64,000 nt of DNA from assembly GCA_963751455.1 (NCBI GenBank), contig CAVVUN010000009.1:320001-384000 (forward strand), read 5' to 3'. Within the stretch, counting starts at the first letter, position 1. Every line of letters starts with the position of its first letter. The notes under the pieces are model-generated. The model did no database searches, was not told the DNA's origin, and saw nothing but the letters and a program-made list of their open reading frames with translations. Source of the DNA: Nitrospirota bacterium. GTDB taxonomy: Bacteria > Nitrospirota > UBA9217. Position numbers and translations under genes: made by a program. This document shows positions 58,787 through 64,000 of this stretch, one piece after another.

Positions 58787-61108
58787 CTATAAACCAAAAA
58801 CTGTTTTGTCGTAGATTGTACCGCCATTATTATCGAACGCAGAAATAAACCTATTTCCTACTTGAAAAATTTTCGCAGTGCTTCCCTCAGCTATTTGCAG
58901 AGAATACAAAATACCTGAAGGTGTATTAAGTTGAGCGCAAAATTCTACACTCAATATTGCCTCATTTGCTACTTTAAAAATTGCTGCGCTGCCAGCAATA
59001 GGGCCGTTTACAGAGGCAATAGCAACATTTTCCACACTAATCAGTGCTGTTCCGGTCAAAGATATAGCAGCGTTTCCACTTGCTAAGGTAAACCCTTCAA
59101 TATTACCACCTATAATAGTTAAGCCGATTACTCCAGTGCCAAATGCCGCTTGAGTATCTGCGCTGGATGTATTTCCTATAGTACAATCCAACATCACACT
59201 TTTTATCATAGCCTGTGTAAAAACAAATGCTTGTCCAGTAGTTCCTCCGCGCCCTGGATTATCGCTATACAACTTTCTAAGTAGATTATCTCCTGTAGTT
59301 TGGTTCGTACCTATAAAACTAAATGCTACAATCTGCGCGCTTGTACTACGAATATCAACAAATTCACACTCCCATACTTCGTCATATCCTCTTATCCCGT
59401 ATCCGAATCCAAAAATTTGCAAATTACTAAACAACCCATGTGCATACCCTTGGTTTAAATCAAAAAGTATTCCAGCGTTTGTGACATCGCTACCATCATG
59501 AGTGATGGTTAGGTCTTTAATACCACCGCCACGTGCTGGAGGTGTTTTACCCTCCATTACAATACCATCTGTATTTGCCGTATTGACTATATTGGTGGTC
59601 AGTCTTCCACTGCCTATCAATATGACTTTATCTTTCAAAGTAATTGCTGTAGATTTTTTATAATAACCAGGACTTAATTTTACAATTCCGCCGACATTTG
59701 GGTCAAAGGCATTTATTGCGTTAGATATGGCAGTTGCACAATCTGTAGTATTATCTGATTTTGCCCCCCACCACTCTGGATAAACCTCTTGTACGCTTCC
59801 ATTCGCAAAGGTTACATTACCGGCATTGAACACCTTATACAATCCCGCAGAAAACGGACCGTTAATTATCAGCTTGTACGAATTCAGGTCTATGATTCCA
59901 GGGTATTCTACGATAGTTGAAATATTTGATGGGATAATAGTATTTAACTTAAGTATTGTTAGAGCGTCGATTACAAGCGTTACTTGTGCTGCGCCTATTT
60001 CATTTACTGCATCTGTGAGCGATGAATATTTTCTGATGCTTAAGATTTCCCTTATCCCCGATATGACATTGAAAGAGGGATCTAGAGCTAAATAATTAGT
60101 TCCGTCATATCCATAGATCCTTACATCTACCCATGCACCGTTAACTAATGTGCCATTGGCATCGGTATTGCTATAATCTACTGTAATTTGGGTTCCTTGG
60201 AAGGCGAGTGTAAATGTGTTGCTGAGAATATTCAGATTCGATGCGGTTCCCTGGATGTTTACTAAAATATTAGCGGCCGTTACTGTTCCGCTGCTCATTA
60301 CATCTGAACTTAGAATATTTAATGTCAGACCATCGTTCTGGGCTATCTGGAGGACTGTATCTAGGTGTGGCTGCTGATCTGTTGTAATCTCGGAATAATC
60401 TATTGTAATCGAAGCATTTTGCCGTATGAAAGAAAAGGTATGATTCGTGAACGTCAAATCAGAGATTAAACCAATTATAGCTTCAGGACGTCCTAGCGCA
60501 ATAACCTCTTCGGTGGTGCGTGCCAATACGCTCATAGTTACAGCACAGGTCGAGAGATCCCCAAAATTCACAACATCGAAGTTTTTGAGATTGAAATCAA
60601 GTGCAAGTTTGTTGTTCTCAGTTGCGATAATCGTAAACAAAGCGCCGATATCCAGCGTACACACAGGACCGCTACATTGAAGGGGATGAGACTCGTTTGC
60701 TTCATCTTTGTAAGAAGCAAGGGAACAGAATGAAACGATTCCGGATGTCGTAGGGGTCGGAGCGCTCATCAGTTGTACGCTTTTGTTAAATTCAATATGG
60801 ATTTGATTATATAATCCAGAAGGGCATTGGGTTTCGTTAGCGAGCAGCAGCACATCAGAGGATTTGGCAATATCTATCGTGGTTGACACGTCAAGCAGAT
60901 CGCATCTGGCTCCTGTATCGGTATTAATGATCTCAATCTTTTCTATTGATGTGATAACTTGCCTGAACTGAGACATATCATCGGTGAAATAGAGTCCAAC
61001 AGTGCCGGTCTCAGGAGACATTCTGTTTCCCTCGCACGAGTAGAAAAACATTATAGAAATGAAGAGAACTATGATAGCTATTTTGCTAAATATTCTCGTC
61101 AGCTTCAT
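58787..61108 (-). CDS. Lipoprotein: DUF4382-like N-terminal region fused to a pectate-lyase-3/tailspike-like beta-helix
   Basis: Lipobox FYSC; VGLYFTDD and LALDFNL; C-terminal YPEWWGAKSDNTTDCATAISNAINA..GGIVKLSPGYY..LIGSG. Confidence 0.65.
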   Translation of the reverse strand: MKLTRIFSKIAIIVLFISIMFFYSCEGNRMSPETGTVGLYFTDDMSQFRQVITSIEKIEIINTDTGARCDLLDVSTTIDIAKSSDVLLLANETQCPSGLYNQIHIEFNKSVQLMSAPTPTTSGIVSFCSLASYKDEANESHPLQCSGPVCTLDIGALFTIIATENNKLALDFNLKNFDVVNFGDLSTCAVTMSVLARTTEEVIALGRPEAIIGLISDLTFTNHTFSFIRQNASITIDYSEITTDQQPHLDTVLQIAQNDGLTLNILSSDVMSSGTVTAANILVNIQGTASNLNILSNTFTLAFQGTQITVDYSNTDANGTLVNGAWVDVRIYGYDGTNYLALDPSFNVISGIREILSIRKYSSLTDAVNEIGAAQVTLVIDALTILKLNTIIPSNISTIVEYPGIIDLNSYKLIINGPFSAGLYKVFNAGNVTFANGSVQEVYPEWWGAKSDNTTDCATAISNAINAFDPNVGGIVKLSPGYYKKSTAITLKDKVILIGSGRLTTNIVNTANTDGIVMEGKTPPARGGGIKDLTITHDGSDVTNAGILFDLNQGYAHGLFSNLQIFGFGYGIRGYDEVWECEFVDIRSTSAQIVAFSFIGTNQTTGDNLLRKLYSDNPGRGGTTGQAFVFTQAMIKSVMLDCTIGNTSSADTQAAFGTGVIGLTIIGGNIEGFTLASGNAAISLTGTALISVENVAIASVNGPIAGSAAIFKVANEAILSVEFCAQLNTPSGILYSLQIAEGSTAKIFQVGNRFISAFDNNGGTIYDKTVFGL

Positions 61109-61947
61109 GTTGATCCTCGTAGATAGACATCAAATAATTAATTAACCCATATAGCTCGAGTAACAATTCCCCTTATCTGTTATGCAAGAGCAATATCATG
61201 ACCTTTAAAACAACCCATTTATTCAATAGGATATCAGCATAAAGAGTTTGAGGTTAATGAGATTGTGTCGGCGGGAAACAAGAAATATCGAAGTGCAAGC
61301 CGCACCCAGATAATGTTTGATTCCGACAGATACACTTTAGAACATTCAGATTCTGAACTTAGGAGTTGATTCAAGGCAGGGCACTAATTATTTGCGAAAA
61401 AACATGACATTTTACGCATTTTTTTTCAATAAGTTAAAATGTTTTATGCAGATTTATAGCTTTATAAGAAAAAAAAGGGAAAGTTGTTTTTCTTTTGAGA
61501 TGTAATCTTCTCCAACATTTCTAAGAAAGTTCTGTGGCTCTTTGTTTAATTCACTCCGCCGACGACACACTCCGTACTGTTTCTTTACCTGTTGCCACAT
61601 ACTCTCAGCGATGGTACCCAAATATCGATTTAAGGCATAAAAACCCTTTACTTTAACGACATTAAGTATTATAATCCGTCTCTGTTTACTGATACTTATA
61701 CCGCAGTCATGGACTTTGACAACACAAAACTCATAAACATAGTTACAGTTGGTTATTTTTGTATTGTTATCATATTTCTAACAAAATAAAATATGTCCTT
61801 CCGTTTAAGTGAAAAACTCATCAATAAGGATAAAAACAGCAGAATCCGCTCCCCTCTTCCCCGGATTATTCCTAGCCTATTGACAATGTAAAGAGCAAGC
61901 TGCTGTTTCTTCGTTATACAAGAAACCAGGACATTCAGAGGTGAATA

Positions 61948-63087
61948 TTGCTGAAGGTTTTATCAGTTTTTGGAACCCGTCCCGAAGCCATCAAAATGGC
62001 GCCGGTCGTCAAGGAACTCCAAAAATTCCCGGCGCGCTTTAAAAGCTTGGTATGCGTTACCGCCCAGCACCGCCAAATGCTTGATCAGGTTCTCAATTTA
62101 TTCCAGGTTAAACCTGATTATGATTTGGACATCATGAAGCCAGGGCAGAATTTATTCAATGTGACCTGTGATGTGCTCCATGGACTCAAAGCGGTCCTTG
62201 AAAAAGAACGTCCCGATATCGTTCTTGTTCACGGAGATACAACTACAACCATGGCAGCAAGCTTGGCCGCGTACTATTGTAAAACCAAGATCGGTCACGT
62301 GGAGGCAGGACTACGGACGAAAAACAAGTATGCACCATTTCCCGAAGAATTGAACCGGAAGTTGACAGGCGTTCTTGCTGATTTGCATTTCGCTCCTACT
62401 GATAAGGCAAAAGACAACCTCTTGCGTGAAGGTGTGCTTTCGGAATCTATTTTCGTGACCGGCAATACCGTTATCGATGCGCTTATGTTCATAGCAGCTA
62501 TGATCAAACACGATCTCAATCTTAAGCAGCAGCTCGATCGGGAATTTTCATTCCTTAACCGTGACAAGAGGCTTATCCTTGTCACCGGCCACCGACGTGA
62601 AAATTTTGGAAACGGATTTGAAAATATCTGTCTGTCATTGGCGGATATCGCGGAGAAGCATCTTGATGTAGAAATTCTTTTCCCTGTGCACTTAAATCCT
62701 AATGTTCAAGAACCTGTAAACCGGATCCTCGGGAAAAAGGGATTAAACAACATTCACCTCATCGGGCCTGTTGACTATCTACCGTTTGTGTATCTGATGG
62801 ACCGTTCCTACCTCATTGTCACCGATTCCGGCGGAGTCCAGGAAGAAGCACCTTCATTAGGAAAACCTGTTTTAGTGATGAGGAATGCTACTGAACGACC
62901 AGAAGCGATAGAGGCCGGTACCGTCAAGCTGGTTGGAGCGGAAAGAAAGATGATTGTTGATCAAATATCATTACTTTTGCATAACCTGCACATCCATCAA
63001 ACTATGAGTATGGCGCACAATCCTTATGGAGATGGCAAAGCTGCGTCAAGAATCATCACCCATCTTGAAAGACCCATCTACATATGA
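61948..63087 (+). CDS. wecB: UDP-N-acetylglucosamine 2-epimerase (non-hydrolysing)
   Basis: [49 protein letters not shown]. Confidence 0.96.
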   Translation: MLKVLSVFGTRPEAIKMAPVVKELQKFPARFKSLVCVTAQHRQMLDQVLNLFQVKPDYDLDIMKPGQNLFNVTCDVLHGLKAVLEKERPDIVLVHGDTTTTMAASLAAYYCKTKIGHVEAGLRTKNKYAPFPEELNRKLTGVLADLHFAPTDKAKDNLLREGVLSESIFVTGNTVIDALMFIAAMIKHDLNLKQQLDREFSFLNRDKRLILVTGHRRENFGNGFENICLSLADIAEKHLDVEILFPVHLNPNVQEPVNRILGKKGLNNIHLIGPVDYLPFVYLMDRSYLIVTDSGGVQEEAPSLGKPVLVMRNATERPEAIEAGTVKLVGAERKMIVDQISLLLHNLHIHQTMSMAHNPYGDGKAASRIITHLERPIYI

Positions 63088-64000
63088 ATGATATGCCTTC
63101 CGATGAAATGAAATTAACCAGTGGACGCTTGCTTGCGAACAATGTTCTTTGGAATTTATTTGGTCGTATTGCCCCGCTGATTACCGCGGTTGTTTCAATT
63201 CCGCTGCTAATCAGTAACCTCGGTATAGAACGATTTGGCATTTTGACTTTAGTTTGGATGATAATCGGCTACTTCAGCTTCTTTGATCTTGGTCTTGGAA
63301 GAGCTTTAACGAAACTCATCTCGGAGCGAATCGGAAAGAACCAAAAAACAGATTTGCCCTCGCTTATCTGGACCGGCTTATTACTCATGTTAATCTTGGG
63401 GATGATCGGCGGAGTCATAAGTGCGATTTTATCTTCATGGCTTGTAAATAGTGCGTTGAAAATTCCTCTCTTATTGCGCATCGAAGCACAAACAGTATTT
63501 TATTTACTTTCTTTTTCCATACCGATTGTTATTACTGGGACTGGATTGAGGGGTATCTTGGAAGCATACCAGCGTTTTGCTCTTGTTAACTCAATCAATA
63601 TCCCGATGGGAATGTTCAGTTTCTTAGCTCCTTTACTGGTCTTACCTTTTTCGAAAAGTCTCGTTCCAATAGTAGTGATACTAGTATTTGGACGATTAGC
63701 AGGCTGGGGCATTTACTTATATTATTGTTACTCCATAATACCCGAAATGCGTCTTGGCGTTTTACTGGAAAAAAAGATGCTCAGCTTATTAATCCGATTC
63801 GGGGGATGGTTGACTGTGACGAACGTTATCGGTCCATTCATGGTCTATTTGGATAGATTCATGATTGGTGCATTTGTTTCCATGGCTTCTCTAGCGTATT
63901 ACACAACACCGTATGAGGTTGTTACAAAATTATGGATCATCCCCGGCGCTATGGTCGGCGTTCTGTTTCCTGCTTTTGCCATGAGTTTTACACAGGATCG
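63084..64000 (+). CDS. wzx: Wzx-type polysaccharide flippase (3'-partial; absent from the ORF track)
   Basis: ATG overlaps wecB stop; reads [17 protein letters not shown]...LGIERFGIL...[11 protein letters not shown]...YLDRFMIG; open to the window end. Confidence 0.85.
   Translation, partial: MNDMPSDEMKLTSGRLLANNVLWNLFGRIAPLITAVVSIPLLISNLGIERFGILTLVWMIIGYFSFFDLGLGRALTKLISERIGKNQKTDLPSLIWTGLLLMLILGMIGGVISAILSSWLVNSALKIPLLLRIEAQTVFYLLSFSIPIVITGTGLRGILEAYQRFALVNSINIPMGMFSFLAPLLVLPFSKSLVPIVVILVFGRLAGWGIYLYYCYSIIPEMRLGVLLEKKMLSLLIRFGGWLTVTNVIGPFMVYLDRFMIGAFVSMASLAYYTTPYEVVTKLWIIPGAMVGVLFPAFAMSFTQD

Noticed and set aside
61183-61198. Sigma54 promoter for the 58787-61108 gene (minus strand TGATAT-N5-TTGCA)
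   Set aside because: It lacks the invariant GG at -24.

Overview
64-kb bacterial chromosomal window; gene content suggests a Gram-negative Nitrospirota/Deltaproteobacteria-like organism (inference). In order: the end of a glycosylation locus (membrane protein, GT2, manC, PMM/PGM); a BirA-regulated biotin operon lacking bioA; a SAM hydrolase, miaB and mtaB; an AT-rich gap with DnaA-box-like motifs; futalosine genes; a sigma54-type Geobacter-like pilA with ABC/TPR partners; a GGDEF protein, PBP1A, SOD and cobO; phoH-HD-ybeY-dgkA; accA; tRNA-Leu with duplicated 3' ends; a long LPS operon (hldE-kinase, rmlACDB, ugd, uxs, kdsB-pyrG-kdsA-kdsD-kdsC, lpxL, pgsA, plsY); a toxin-antitoxin/ATPase accessory patch; wzi, a lipoprotein-tailspike-like fusion, wecB and wzx. 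The most unusual signal is a set of short-period repeat hairpins at gene junctions of the LPS operon. Two families each also flank, and run into the 3' end of, their own four-helix-bundle (TIGR02436/Avd-like) gene. Family A is 9-mer GGTTTGTTT/AAACCAAAC tracts (9 sites) with the gene at 56648. Family B is a ~100-bp hairpin unit (2 solo copies and a ~6.3-copy tandem array) with the gene at 49473, which is split by an IS4 element. An 8-mer hairpin, 7-mer tracts and a REP-flanked RAYT pseudogene also occur. All calls are by eye from motifs; no searches were run.
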